Origin: Thermoprotei archaeon
Lineage (GTDB): Archaea; Thermoproteota; Thermoprotei; Gearchaeales; WAQG01
Assembly (NCBI GenBank): GCA_049976445.1
Contig: JBMFIF010000002.1
Coordinates: 5,115 to 69,114 of the forward strand
Reading direction: 5' to 3'
DNA length: 64,000 nucleotides
Positions 29,124 through 38,530 of this stretch are shown piece after piece. The translations under genes were made by a program, and so were the position numbers. Numbering within the stretch: position 1 is the first letter of the stretch; each line of letters starts with the position of its first letter. The notes beneath the pieces were generated by a model. The model was not told the origin of the DNA. It saw only the letters and a program-made list of their open reading frames with translations, and made no database searches.

Positions 29124-29138
29124 TGGTTGGATTATCCA
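29124..29138. promoter_or_regulatory. candidate operator copy 2 (TGGATTATCCA palindrome) at the btuF-like promoter/start
   Basis: Identical 15-mer tggttggattatcca, downstream of the TATA-like ctttaaatt (about 29111-29119). It overlaps the annotated TTG start at 29127; the in-frame GTG at 29145 is an alternative leaderless start. Confidence 0.4.
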
Positions 29139-30383
29139 GACTTGGTGAATAACTTGAGTGATAGGAATACTCGTTACTTATTAAGTCTAATAATTATAAT
29201 AGTGATAGTACTGGGAGTTACTATACCTCTTTATATGGAAATTAATTCTTTAAGAGATGAAATTTCTAGATTACGTAATGATATATCAGCACTTAGTTTA
29301 AGTTCTAAGCAACTTACCTCACAGTTTAATAGTAGTCTCACACAATTAAATGCAGCTTATAAGAGCCTTGAAGATAGGTATAATAAATTATTTCAACAGT
29401 ATTCATCATTGTCTGAAAGTATTAAGTATCCTTTTACAATTACTGATGCTCTTGGAAGAACTGTAACGATAGTTTCAAGGCCAGTTCGAGTTATAAGTAC
29501 GGCACCTAGTGTGACAGAAATGCTTTTTGCTATAAATGCAGAAAAACTTATTGTAGGTGTTGATAAGTATTCAGATTATCCGCCTACAGTAAAAGATTTA
29601 GTTAAAAATAGTACAATTAAGCTGGTTGGTGGTTTTTCGACTGTTGATGTGGAGGCTATTGTAGCACTAAAGCCTGATATTGTATTTATGACACCGGGCG
29701 TGCAAACACCTTTCGTATATAGGTTAGCAGAACTTGGACTAACCGTCGTCGCTTTAAAGGAAGATAGTATATCGGATGTGTTTGATTCGATAATGCTCGT
29801 AGGGAGAATTCTTGATAAGATTGATGGGGCATTAAACGTTGTCGCATCTATGAAGTCTAAAATCACTTATGCGTTCTCAAAGGTTGAGAATTATATTAAA
29901 TCTGTTAATATTACAAGGGTTAAAGTGTATTGGGAAGTATGGCCTGAACCAATATATACCGTTGGTTCACAAAATTTTATAAATGATATAATTACACTAG
30001 CAGGAGGGGTTAATATTTTTGGTGATATAAAATCAGGCTATCCAGTCGTAAGTTCTGAGGAAGTTATAAACAAAACTCCTGATGTTATAATAACAACTGA
30101 TCATGGTGGGGTTTATGGATCGCCACAGGATGTATTAAATATGATCAGGAATAGAACTGGATGGAATGTAATACCAGCTATAAAAAGTAATAGAGTTTAT
30201 GTGTTAACGGGCCAGTTTGGGTCTATGTTTATAAGGCCTGGTCCAAGAGTTGCAGATGCAATTCTTCAACTTGCCGTAATATTATATCCTGAGGCATTTG
30301 GTATGAGTAAAATCATGATACCGAACATAATAAGCACATCGTTTAACGTTACAACATATATTAGTTTGTTAATTGTTTCATAA
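29127..30383 (+). CDS. BtuF/FhuD-type (class III) substrate-binding protein, membrane-anchored, with N-terminal coiled coil
   Basis: N-terminal TM segment, a heptad-like Ser/Leu-rich stretch, then a periplasmic-binding-protein core (RVISTAPSVTEMLFAI, ALKPDIVFM, TPDVIITT). Followed by FecCD permease and ATPase genes. Confidence 0.7.
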   Translation: MDYPDLVNNLSDRNTRYLLSLIIIIVIVLGVTIPLYMEINSLRDEISRLRNDISALSLSSKQLTSQFNSSLTQLNAAYKSLEDRYNKLFQQYSSLSESIKYPFTITDALGRTVTIVSRPVRVISTAPSVTEMLFAINAEKLIVGVDKYSDYPPTVKDLVKNSTIKLVGGFSTVDVEAIVALKPDIVFMTPGVQTPFVYRLAELGLTVVALKEDSISDVFDSIMLVGRILDKIDGALNVVASMKSKITYAFSKVENYIKSVNITRVKVYWEVWPEPIYTVGSQNFINDIITLAGGVNIFGDIKSGYPVVSSEEVINKTPDVIITTDHGGVYGSPQDVLNMIRNRTGWNVIPAIKSNRVYVLTGQFGSMFIRPGPRVADAILQLAVILYPEAFGMSKIMIPNIISTSFNVTTYISLLIVS

Positions 30384-31410
30384 TACAATGAGCAGTAATT
30401 ATATACAAAGGAGATATTCCCGCCTTATTTTTTCTGTTATTGTTCTAATCATGTTAGTAGGAGTTTTAAGTATATTATCCATTAGTGTTGGTTCTGCGTT
30501 TATAAATCTGCCGGAATCTTTAAAAGCTTTGGTTGATTCTGATAACGTTGATGTATATACAAGAATTATAATATGGGAGATTAGAGTTCCTAGGACATTA
30601 AGCGCTATTTTTATAGGAATGTTGATGGCTTTAGCTGGGCTTTTTATGCAGACTGTTACTCTGAATCCTCTTGCTGATCCTTATTTAACAGGTATGGCTT
30701 CTGGTGCACTGTTAGGTGTTAGTATAACTATTGTGCTTTCACCTTTAATCGTTAGTCCTTATGTTATAGTTATCTCAGCGTTCTTTGGAGCCTTGTGCGC
30801 CATGATATTAACACTTCTAATTGCAAGTAAATTTCGCTTAGATCCAATAGGACTCATACTGGGAGGTGTTGCAGTCTCTATGATTTTTTACTCATTTTCT
30901 GCGATACTTCAGTTTATTGGAGGTGAAAAGATGGTTATGATAATTATATGGAGTCTTGGAAGCTTGAGTACTGCATCATGGTCAAGAACATGGTTTACTG
31001 GCATTACTGCAATAATTCTTATACCCCTTTCTATAATTATGTACAAATCGTTGAATGCTTTATTACTTGGTGATGAGAATGCACAAAGTATTGGTGTAAG
31101 TCCGAAGTTAACACGATCATTTTCCTTGCTAATATCCTCAATTGCCACGGCAATCTCAGTGTCAATGTTTGGTGTGATAGGCTTTGTTGGATTAGTAGCA
31201 CCTCATTTAGCACGTCTCGCATTAAGGAGCGGTGATCATTTAATAGTCATACCAGTCACATGTCTTGTTGGATCCGCTATCATGCTTTTAAGTGATGTGA
31301 TAGCTAGAATAATAGGTTCTCCTGGAGAATTTCCGTTAACTCCTATAATGAGTTTAATTGGTGCTCCGCTACTTATTTATTTAATGAGTAGGAGGTTTAA
31401 AAATGGTTAA
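30373..31410 (+). CDS. btuC: FecCD/BtuC-family ABC permease
   Basis: About 10-TM protein with a typical FecCD pattern (RVPRTLSAIFIGMLMALAGLFMQTVTLNPLADPYLTG ... GAPLLIYLM). Confidence 0.85.
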   Translation: MFHNTMSSNYIQRRYSRLIFSVIVLIMLVGVLSILSISVGSAFINLPESLKALVDSDNVDVYTRIIIWEIRVPRTLSAIFIGMLMALAGLFMQTVTLNPLADPYLTGMASGALLGVSITIVLSPLIVSPYVIVISAFFGALCAMILTLLIASKFRLDPIGLILGGVAVSMIFYSFSAILQFIGGEKMVMIIIWSLGSLSTASWSRTWFTGITAIILIPLSIIMYKSLNALLLGDENAQSIGVSPKLTRSFSLLISSIATAISVSMFGVIGFVGLVAPHLARLALRSGDHLIVIPVTCLVGSAIMLLSDVIARIIGSPGEFPLTPIMSLIGAPLLIYLMSRRFKNG

Positions 31411-32179
31411 ACTAATCATAGATAATCTTTCTGTTAATTATGGTTCAATAAAAGCATTAGAAGATATTAGTATAAAACTTGACAAAGGCATGATGGTATC
31501 AATAATAGGACCTAACGGTTCTGGAAAGACAACACTTCTCAGATCTATAGCAAGAATAGTAAAACCAGTAAAAGGTGTAATCTATATTGATGGAAAAAAT
31601 ACTAACGAACTATCATTAAAAGATCTAGCTCATCATGTATCATACACATCTACATTGAAAGTAAAAGAGGGTTTTGAACTCACAGTGGGCGATATAGTTT
31701 TTATGGGTAGATATCCAAGAACTGGATTTATGATGAGTCATACTGATGAAAGAATTGTGAACGATGTATTAAATAAGTTTCGCATTACTCATTTAATGAA
31801 TAGAAAAATAGATGAGCTTAGCGATGGTGAACGGCAAAAAACCTTTTTAGCAAGAGCCTTAGCTCAAGAATCAGAAATAATACTTGTAGATGAACCATTA
31901 GCGCATCTTGATCTAAAAGCACAACTTGAAGTCTTAAAAATACTTAAAAATGAAGCAAACGATGGAAAGCTTGTAATAATGACCTCACACGAGATAGACT
32001 TACCGATTAAATACAGTGATGTATTAATAGTAATGAAAAAAGGAGAAATATTAGCAGCAGGAAAACCTAATGAAATACTAACAGAAAAAATAATAGAAAA
32101 TGCTTATGGTGTTAAATGTCGTATAATCAAAGATAAAGAATATTCACTTATAGTACTTCTTGACACACTCAGTGATTAG
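31403..32179 (+). CDS. btuD: ABC ATPase (BtuD/FepC type)
   Basis: Walker A GPNGSGKTT, signature LSDGERQ, Walker B IILVDEP. AGGAGGT SD 6 nt upstream of the ATG. Confidence 0.85.
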   Translation: MVKLIIDNLSVNYGSIKALEDISIKLDKGMMVSIIGPNGSGKTTLLRSIARIVKPVKGVIYIDGKNTNELSLKDLAHHVSYTSTLKVKEGFELTVGDIVFMGRYPRTGFMMSHTDERIVNDVLNKFRITHLMNRKIDELSDGERQKTFLARALAQESEIILVDEPLAHLDLKAQLEVLKILKNEANDGKLVIMTSHEIDLPIKYSDVLIVMKKGEILAAGKPNEILTEKIIENAYGVKCRIIKDKEYSLIVLLDTLSD

Positions 32180-32181
32180 TA

Positions 32182-33282
32182 ATGAAGGAATTAAAACAAC
32201 CAGTACACGGTGGTAGAGTATGGGATGCAGCAGAAAAACTCAACATAAACGTTGAAAAGATTATAGATTTTAGTACAAATACAAATCCATTAGGACCTCC
32301 AAAACAATTAATAACAACATTAATAAAAAATATTAACACTGTTGCTTATTATCCAGATCCTGACTATAGAACATTAAGGATGGAATTGGCAAGGTTTTAT
32401 AACATTAATGAAGAGAATATTATAGTTGGTAATGGTGCAACTGAACTTATACATCTATTTGCACAAACATTCATCTCAGAAAATGACAGAGTAATAATAC
32501 CAATACCCACGTTTGAAGAATACCAATATGCATCACAGAAAGTTAGCGCAAGAATTATTTATATAAAGTCAAAAAACAATATGCACATAAACATAGACAA
32601 AATAATATCAAAAATGAACAATACAAAGGTCATATTTGTATGTAATCCAAATAACCCAACAGGAATATTAGAAAAACAAGAAGATATACTCAATCTAATA
32701 AAAGAGGCTAATAAGAGAAACGTACTAGTTTTTCTTGATGAAAGCTTTATGGATCTAGTAGTTACAAAAAAGCCGTACACGTTAATAAGATCAGTAAACA
32801 TGTTTGATAATCTTTTTATAATAAGATCACTAACAAAAATCTTCAGCATACCCGGATTAAGGATAGGTTTTGGTGTATCTTCAAAGTACTTAATAAAAGA
32901 ACTTAATAAACATAAAATACCATGGAATGTCTCAACACTTATTGAAAAAACTATTCCAGAAGCACTAAAATATGCAAGACAATATCTAAAAACATCAAGA
33001 AAAATAATCAAACAAGAAAGAAACTATATGATAAGTGAACTATCGAAAATTGATGGTATTAAAGTAATAAGCGGTGATGCTAATTTTCTCTTCATAGATA
33101 TAAGTGAAACTGGACTCACATCATCAGAATTAGCAGATCAATTAATAAAACATCGTATACTAATACGAGATTGTAGCACTTTTACAGGACTGAACAACTC
33201 GTACATAAGAATAGCAATAAAGAAACACCGAGAAAACATACTACTAATAAATGCTCTGAAAACAATAGTGATAAGAAAATGA
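32182..33282 (+). CDS. cobD: L-threonine-O-3-phosphate decarboxylase (CobD; class I/II aminotransferase fold)
   Basis: N-terminal VHGGRVW, HisC-like PLP fold (SLTKIFSIPGLRIGF carries the PLP Lys). Context directly upstream of cbiB. Confidence 0.7.
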   Translation: MKELKQPVHGGRVWDAAEKLNINVEKIIDFSTNTNPLGPPKQLITTLIKNINTVAYYPDPDYRTLRMELARFYNINEENIIVGNGATELIHLFAQTFISENDRVIIPIPTFEEYQYASQKVSARIIYIKSKNNMHINIDKIISKMNNTKVIFVCNPNNPTGILEKQEDILNLIKEANKRNVLVFLDESFMDLVVTKKPYTLIRSVNMFDNLFIIRSLTKIFSIPGLRIGFGVSSKYLIKELNKHKIPWNVSTLIEKTIPEALKYARQYLKTSRKIIKQERNYMISELSKIDGIKVISGDANFLFIDISETGLTSSELADQLIKHRILIRDCSTFTGLNNSYIRIAIKKHRENILLINALKTIVIRK

Positions 33283-34235
33283 ACTCCTTCCACACAAGTA
33301 TAATAATTTTAGTATTAGCAGTACTCATAGATATATTATTTGGAGAACCTCCACTCAAAGTTCATCCAGTAGTTTGGGTTGGTAGATTAATTAAATATTT
33401 GGAACGTTACTGTCATGGAGGAAGCACTCAACTAGAGAAAATTAAAGGTACGATGATGGCTATATCAGTAATTATAATATCCATCACAATAACATACATC
33501 GCTTTAAAAATAGTACAGTCTTATCTCGGTTTATATGGATACATAATAATAGCATCTATAATATTCAAAACAACTTTTTCAATACGATCCATGAAAGATC
33601 ACATAAAACCAATAGCTATCTCGTACGAGAAAAATAATAAAGAAAAGGCCAAAGTATTATTGTCACGAGTCGTAAGAAGAAATCCCTGGCAACTCACTGA
33701 TGAACAAATAATCTCAGCTGCAATAGAGACGACAGCAGAAGGCATAGTAGATGGTATAACATCAGCATTGTTCTATTACAGTATACTTGGAATACCAGGT
33801 GCAATAATGCAACGAGTTATAAACACATTGGACTCAATGGTTGGGTATAAAGATGAATATTATAAGAATGTAGGATGGTTCTCAGCAAAATTAGATACAA
33901 TAATAAACTTTATACCAGCTCGTCTCACAGCAATTACTATAGTACTGGCATCATTAATTTTAAAAAAAGATTATAAATTAAGCTTTAAAATAGCATTAAC
34001 AGACCATAAAAATACTGAAAGTCTTAATGCGGGATGGCCAATGTCAGCAATGGCAGGCGCTCTAAGAATACAACTAGAAAAACCCGGACATTACAAACTT
34101 GGGATTCCAATGCAAAAACTAAAGCCAGAACTCATATACGATGCATTAAACATAATGTATACATCAACAACACTTTTCATAATAACAATAATAATTCCTA
34201 TACTTATTCTCTTTAATATCTACCTATTTTTATAA
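33279..34235 (+). CDS. cbiB: adenosylcobinamide-phosphate synthase CbiB
   Basis: DILFGEPPLKVHPVVWVGRLI N-terminal signature and polytopic membrane topology. Confidence 0.8.
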   Translation: MNSFHTSIIILVLAVLIDILFGEPPLKVHPVVWVGRLIKYLERYCHGGSTQLEKIKGTMMAISVIIISITITYIALKIVQSYLGLYGYIIIASIIFKTTFSIRSMKDHIKPIAISYEKNNKEKAKVLLSRVVRRNPWQLTDEQIISAAIETTAEGIVDGITSALFYYSILGIPGAIMQRVINTLDSMVGYKDEYYKNVGWFSAKLDTIINFIPARLTAITIVLASLILKKDYKLSFKIALTDHKNTESLNAGWPMSAMAGALRIQLEKPGHYKLGIPMQKLKPELIYDALNIMYTSTTLFIITIIIPILILFNIYLFL

Positions 34236-34342
34236 TTAAAAAACTTACCAGAAAGCACGTGTTCACAAAATGAAATGATCTGATTTTTCGTTATCATTTA
34301 GTTATTTGCGTTAATTTTAAAATATAAGTTTTATAAATTATT

Positions 34343-35158
34343 TTGATAAAAATGTGGTATTTAGATACTCTAGACCGTAAACCTTTAGGTAGAACAAGAG
34401 AAACTGTACCTGCGATCGGTATTGGAACATGGGCTGTAAGGGACTTTAATAAAGCCGAAACAGCTTTAGTTAAAGCAGTAGAGCTTGGGCTTAATATGAT
34501 AGATACTGCAGAAATGTACCACACAGAAGAACTTGTAGGTAAAGTTATCAAAAAGGTTGGTAAAGAGAACGTTTTCATAACAACTAAACTTTTACCTGAA
34601 CACTTTTCAGATGTTGACAATGCATTAAATGCAGCTAAATTAAGCCTTTCAAGATTAGGAATTAATATTGTCGATTTAATTCTAATACACTGGCCTAGAA
34701 CCTTCACACCCATCGAAAAACAAGTCAGAATACTAGAGGCAATAGCCAACGCAGGGTATTCCAGATACATAGGTGTGAGTAATTTTAATGTTAACCAGCT
34801 TTCAAAAGCAACACAATCAACCAAAAAACATGAAATAGTAGTAAACCAAGTAAAATATAGCGTGTTAGATCGAACAATAGAGGATAACTTATTATTATAT
34901 GCTATAGAGCATGGTATAACAATACAAGCATACACACCATTAGAGAAAGGTAAGGTTTCAAACAATAAAATTTTATCTGAAATAGGTAAAAAATACAATA
35001 AGACACCAACACAAGTAGCATTAAATTATCTTATCTCTAACCCCATGGTGACTGCAATACCAAAAACAGAAAAAATCGAAAGAGTATTAGAATTTAAAGG
35101 ATCATTAGGATGGAGACTTATGAAAGAGGACATAGAATTCATTAAGAGCAAAATTTAA
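34343..35158 (+). CDS. aldo/keto reductase
   Basis: AKR blocks IGIGTW, IDTAEMYHTEELVG, LILIHWP, IGVSNF. About 271 aa. Confidence 0.8.
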   Translation: MIKMWYLDTLDRKPLGRTRETVPAIGIGTWAVRDFNKAETALVKAVELGLNMIDTAEMYHTEELVGKVIKKVGKENVFITTKLLPEHFSDVDNALNAAKLSLSRLGINIVDLILIHWPRTFTPIEKQVRILEAIANAGYSRYIGVSNFNVNQLSKATQSTKKHEIVVNQVKYSVLDRTIEDNLLLYAIEHGITIQAYTPLEKGKVSNNKILSEIGKKYNKTPTQVALNYLISNPMVTAIPKTEKIERVLEFKGSLGWRLMKEDIEFIKSKI

Positions 35159-35194
35159 CCCTAAAAACCTTTAGCTTATCCAGCTATCCTTTCT

Positions 35195-35243
35195 CTGACC
35201 TCTTCCCCACCCTGAAGGGCGAAGTTTGTCCTTCTTTTATCAA
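35195..35243 (-). repeat. IS200/IS605 right-end-like relic, inverted copy of the 26.5-kb relic
   Basis: The reverse complement reads tgataaaagaaggacaaacttcgcccttcagggtggggaagaggtcaga. This matches 26526-26561 plus 26648-26672 almost base for base. Confidence 0.5.
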
Positions 35244-35298
35244 CGAAGAGTGAAGCTTAAATAAATTTTTCAAATAGAAGAATCGTAAGTGAACAAAA

Positions 35299-36411
35299 AT
35301 GAATAACACTCAAAACGTAAAAATCTATTTTAAAGATAATACACTCATCATCGAATCAGCATCAGAAATGGAAGTACTGAGTAGTGCTGTATTCAATGGT
35401 GGAAGACAAAAAGCACAATATATAATAAACTATAAGGTTTCTAAAACCTTTGATGATCCAAAACCAGCACTATACCTAAAAAATGTAATAGAAAAACTAG
35501 GATTACCTCACGATTCAACAATAGGATTAATGACAGCTGCTGATGTTCACAATGCTTCAATAATTAATGAAGGACCAGTTACAGCAATAATTACTGCAGG
35601 CCTTTCAAATACAGCAACCGCCGGTGATGATATAGCAGTACAAAACATCGGAACGATTAATATGATTATTATAGTAAATGGATTACTAAACGAAAACGCT
35701 TTTGTAGATGCAATAATAACTGCCACAGAAGCAAAAACAGTAGCACTTGATCAATTAGATATTATAAGTAGAGTATCAAGAAAAAGAGCAACAGGAACAA
35801 CAACTGATTCTATAGTAATAGCATGCACACAACAAGGTGAAAGATATGAATATGCAGGCACAGCGACAAAAATAGGTAATATGATAGCTAAAAGTGTCAT
35901 AAAAGGTGTTTTAGAAGCCATAAAACTCCAGGAAAATATAACATCATCTAGACCAATATTAAAAAGATTAGAAGAAAGAGGAATTACACTAAAGGATCTC
36001 GTAGAAACGGGTATGGAACTTTATATACATCACCCAAGCATGGGAACAATAGAGAACGCAAGAAAAACATTAGAAGAAATATTGATAGAATCAATGAATG
36101 ATATAAATGTTGCATCATTAATTATTGCCGGAATAAGGATAGAGGAGGAAGGAAGAAAGGGTTTAATACCTGGTCTTACAAGAGAAGAATTTGAAAAAGA
36201 TCCTGTAAATCTAGTGGCTGATGAGTTAATAGGAATGGCTATAGCTGATTACATAGCAGGTTCAAGAGGTATTTTTGAATATGTCAGGTTTGATAGAATA
36301 AAACCAGGCATTATCAGAAATCTAGGGCCCTTCATGGATGACATAATCGGAGCATTAATAGGTGGAGCGTCATCACTCATGTATACAAAATTACTTAAAA
36401 AACAGAAGTGA
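35299..36411 (+). CDS. cbiZ: adenosylcobinamide amidohydrolase CbiZ fused to a C-terminal CobZ/PgpA-like domain (CbiS-like architecture)
   Basis: CbiZ blocks LSSAVFNGG, IGLMTAADV, GTINMIIIV and AIITATEAKTVAL lie in residues 1 to about 210. An extra C-terminal domain of about 150 aa (GLIPGLTREEFEKDPVNLVADELIGMAIADYIAG) follows, as in the archaeal fusion with alpha-ribazole-phosphate phosphatase. Confidence 0.6.
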   Translation: MNNTQNVKIYFKDNTLIIESASEMEVLSSAVFNGGRQKAQYIINYKVSKTFDDPKPALYLKNVIEKLGLPHDSTIGLMTAADVHNASIINEGPVTAIITAGLSNTATAGDDIAVQNIGTINMIIIVNGLLNENAFVDAIITATEAKTVALDQLDIISRVSRKRATGTTTDSIVIACTQQGERYEYAGTATKIGNMIAKSVIKGVLEAIKLQENITSSRPILKRLEERGITLKDLVETGMELYIHHPSMGTIENARKTLEEILIESMNDINVASLIIAGIRIEEEGRKGLIPGLTREEFEKDPVNLVADELIGMAIADYIAGSRGIFEYVRFDRIKPGIIRNLGPFMDDIIGALIGGASSLMYTKLLKKQK

Positions 36412-37151
36412 TCAAGTTGATAAAACAATTAAAAGCCCTCTTATCATTTCTTACAATAATACCAGTAAAAGAGGAACACGATCTAAAAACAATTGCAGAA
36501 GGTATACACCTCTTTCCATTGATAGGATTTTTCACCGGAATCCTAACAGGATTTATAGCATACCTTATCTCAAGAGTATACCTAAGTCTTTTAACGGGAA
36601 TAATAGCAGTATCATTCCTGGAATTTATAACAGGACTTCACCATTTTGACGCATTGTTAGATTTTGGTGATGGTATTATGGCTAAAACAACACCAGAAAA
36701 GAAAATAGAAATTATGCATGATAAACAAACAGGAAGCGGCGGATTCTGGTTAGGTATTACAATAATTGGAATAAAAATATTTTCAATATCACAATTACAT
36801 GGATTACAACTCTTTACAGCAATAATTCTTTCAGAAATCTCCGCAAAACTTTCAATGGTAATAGGAATGTGGCTAGGCAACCCAGCTTACCCCTCTAGTA
36901 CAGCAGTACCGTTCATAGAAGAAGCACATAAAAACCCTAAAAAACCATTAATAGCTCTTATATTCTCATTATTCATAGCATTACTCTTCATGACAGAAGG
37001 AATATTAATGATAATTACAAGCATAATAGTGGCAGTAATCATTGAACATCTATCACAAAAACATTTTAAAGGTATAACTGGCGATGTATTGGGATCCATG
37101 GATGAAATAACATCAGCTCTCTCATTATTAGTATTAGTGAGCATAATATGA
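36408..37151 (+). CDS. cobS: cobalamin-5'-phosphate (adenosylcobinamide-GDP ribazoletransferase) synthase CobS
   Basis: LSFLTIIPV N-terminal motif, HHFDALLDFGD, membrane topology. 4-nt overlaps with both neighbours. Confidence 0.75.
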   Translation: MIKLIKQLKALLSFLTIIPVKEEHDLKTIAEGIHLFPLIGFFTGILTGFIAYLISRVYLSLLTGIIAVSFLEFITGLHHFDALLDFGDGIMAKTTPEKKIEIMHDKQTGSGGFWLGITIIGIKIFSISQLHGLQLFTAIILSEISAKLSMVIGMWLGNPAYPSSTAVPFIEEAHKNPKKPLIALIFSLFIALLFMTEGILMIITSIIVAVIIEHLSQKHFKGITGDVLGSMDEITSALSLLVLVSII

Positions 37152-37768
37152 TAAAAATTAAAGCTCTAATCATGGCAGGAGGAAAAGCAACCAGAATGAA
37201 TAACATAGAAAAACCCCTCATAAAAATATGCGGAACCACAATGATAGAAAGAATACTCAATGCACTAAAGAACACTAAGTGCATAGAAGATGTATATATA
37301 ACAACAAGTAAAAATACGAAAAACACAGAAATCCTACTTAAAACCTTAGGATATAAAACAATAACAACTTCAGGAGAAGATTATGTAGAAGACTTAAAAA
37401 ACACAATTATAAAACTAAACATAAAAGATCCCATATTAGTATTACCATCCGATCTACCATTAATAACACCAAATACAATAGAACAATTAATCAATATTTA
37501 CATACAAAACAACTCTCCACCAACAACGACGTTTTACATACCATTGCAACTACTAAAAACAAAAATACGAACAAACTACATAGAACAAATAAATAATATA
37601 AAAGTAATACCATCTGGCATTAGTATAATAAAAGGATCATACATTACGCAAAATGTAATACCGCAAATAAACATAATAGTCGAAAACACAGAATTAAGCG
37701 TTAACGTGAATACGTTATTAGATATAAAAATTGCACAATCAATTTTATGCAAAAGAAATAATAAGTAG
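37148..37768 (+). CDS. cobY: adenosylcobinamide-phosphate guanylyltransferase CobY (MobA-like NTP transferase)
   Basis: ALIMAGGKATRM nucleotide-binding N-terminus. About 200 aa. Position after cobS. Confidence 0.6.
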   Translation: MIKIKALIMAGGKATRMNNIEKPLIKICGTTMIERILNALKNTKCIEDVYITTSKNTKNTEILLKTLGYKTITTSGEDYVEDLKNTIIKLNIKDPILVLPSDLPLITPNTIEQLINIYIQNNSPPTTTFYIPLQLLKTKIRTNYIEQINNIKVIPSGISIIKGSYITQNVIPQINIIVENTELSVNVNTLLDIKIAQSILCKRNNK

Positions 37769-37802
37769 TTAAATCAAAGATAAATTTGACATATTATTTA
37801 TT

Positions 37803-37902
37803 TTATACTCAAGAAGATACTAATGAAATTAAAGAAACATTACTAAAAATTAATACCATGGTCAATGAACCGAAAAATAGCTCGATGATACTTAAAACAA
37901 TA
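37803..37902 (+). repeat. direct repeat DR-A, copy 1 (about 100 nt)
   Basis: ttatactcaagaagatactaatgaaattaaag...aatagctcgatgatacttaaaacaata aligns with 40488-40590 (about 80 percent by eye). It includes an ATG plus 16 codons ending in a stop here. Confidence 0.6.
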
Positions 37903-37924
37903 TTCTAGGATGTTCATTGCAGAA

Positions 37925-37990
37925 ACAGTGTACCACTATTCGTTATCCCTACCCCTCCATGAGGGATTACGGTTCCATCCTTCAGTACTA
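37925..37990 (-). repeat. IS200/IS605 right-end-like relic
   Basis: The minus strand reads ggaaccgtaatccctcatggaggggtagggataacgaatag. It has the same GAAxC...C.T.A.GG.G..G tail pattern as the other relics. Confidence 0.4.
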
Positions 37991-38278
37991 TGTTTAAGAC
38001 TCCAACGATATCTGAATTCATTACTTAATTACAGTTTGGACAATAAATAATCCTTTATGCAATGCTCTTTAGTCCAAAAATTTCAATCGGTTTTGATTAT
38101 TTTCTCAGTAAATTATAAAATAAGTTCAATTTCAAGATAACTCATATATAGGTCAGTAATTATAGTAAAAATTTAAACACTAAACTTTTCACTAATAAAC
38201 AACTAGATAATTATTGTCTTGAAAAACATTTAGAAAACATTTAAATGCAGTTTCTTACACAATACTACGGGAAAGTTC

Positions 38279-38530
38279 GTGGAGAAATCAATTGAAGAGT
38301 TTGAGAAAGAAATCGAGAAAGTAAGTAGATACAAGATTAAAGCCATGATTGCATTACTTAAGCTCAGAGAAGAATATGGTGCGGAATATTTAAAAAAGAA
38401 ACGTGGAGCTATACGAAATAAGGATGAACTTCGTAAACTTGCTGAAGCCTGTAAATTAAACTGGAAATTTATGGAAGAGGTGGGAATAATACGACGCATC
38501 AACAACAAGGAAATAATAATAGCAATATGA
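38279..38530 (+). CDS. small helical protein, upstream partner of the NTase-fold gene
   Basis: 83-aa ORF with a GTG start and a 4-nt overlap (ATGA) with the next gene. No motif recognised. Confidence 0.4.
   Translation: MEKSIEEFEKEIEKVSRYKIKAMIALLKLREEYGAEYLKKKRGAIRNKDELRKLAEACKLNWKFMEEVGIIRRINNKEIIIAI

Noticed and set aside
29036-29126. Cobalamin riboswitch upstream of the btuF-like gene
   Set aside because: The spacer is only about 90 nt and AT-rich. It lacks a B12-box-like element or the extended paired regions of cobalamin riboswitches. The twin palindrome fits protein-mediated control better.
34294-34998. 234-aa ORF antisense to the aldo/keto reductase
   Set aside because: The plus-strand frame carries clear AKR signature blocks. 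The antisense product has no recognisable features and no independent start context.
36362-36649. 95-aa ORF overlapping the cbiZ 3' end and the cobS 5' end, and the ORFs at 36638-37326 antisense to cobS/cobY
   Set aside because: These are alternative frames of confidently assigned cobS and cobY genes, with low-complexity translations.
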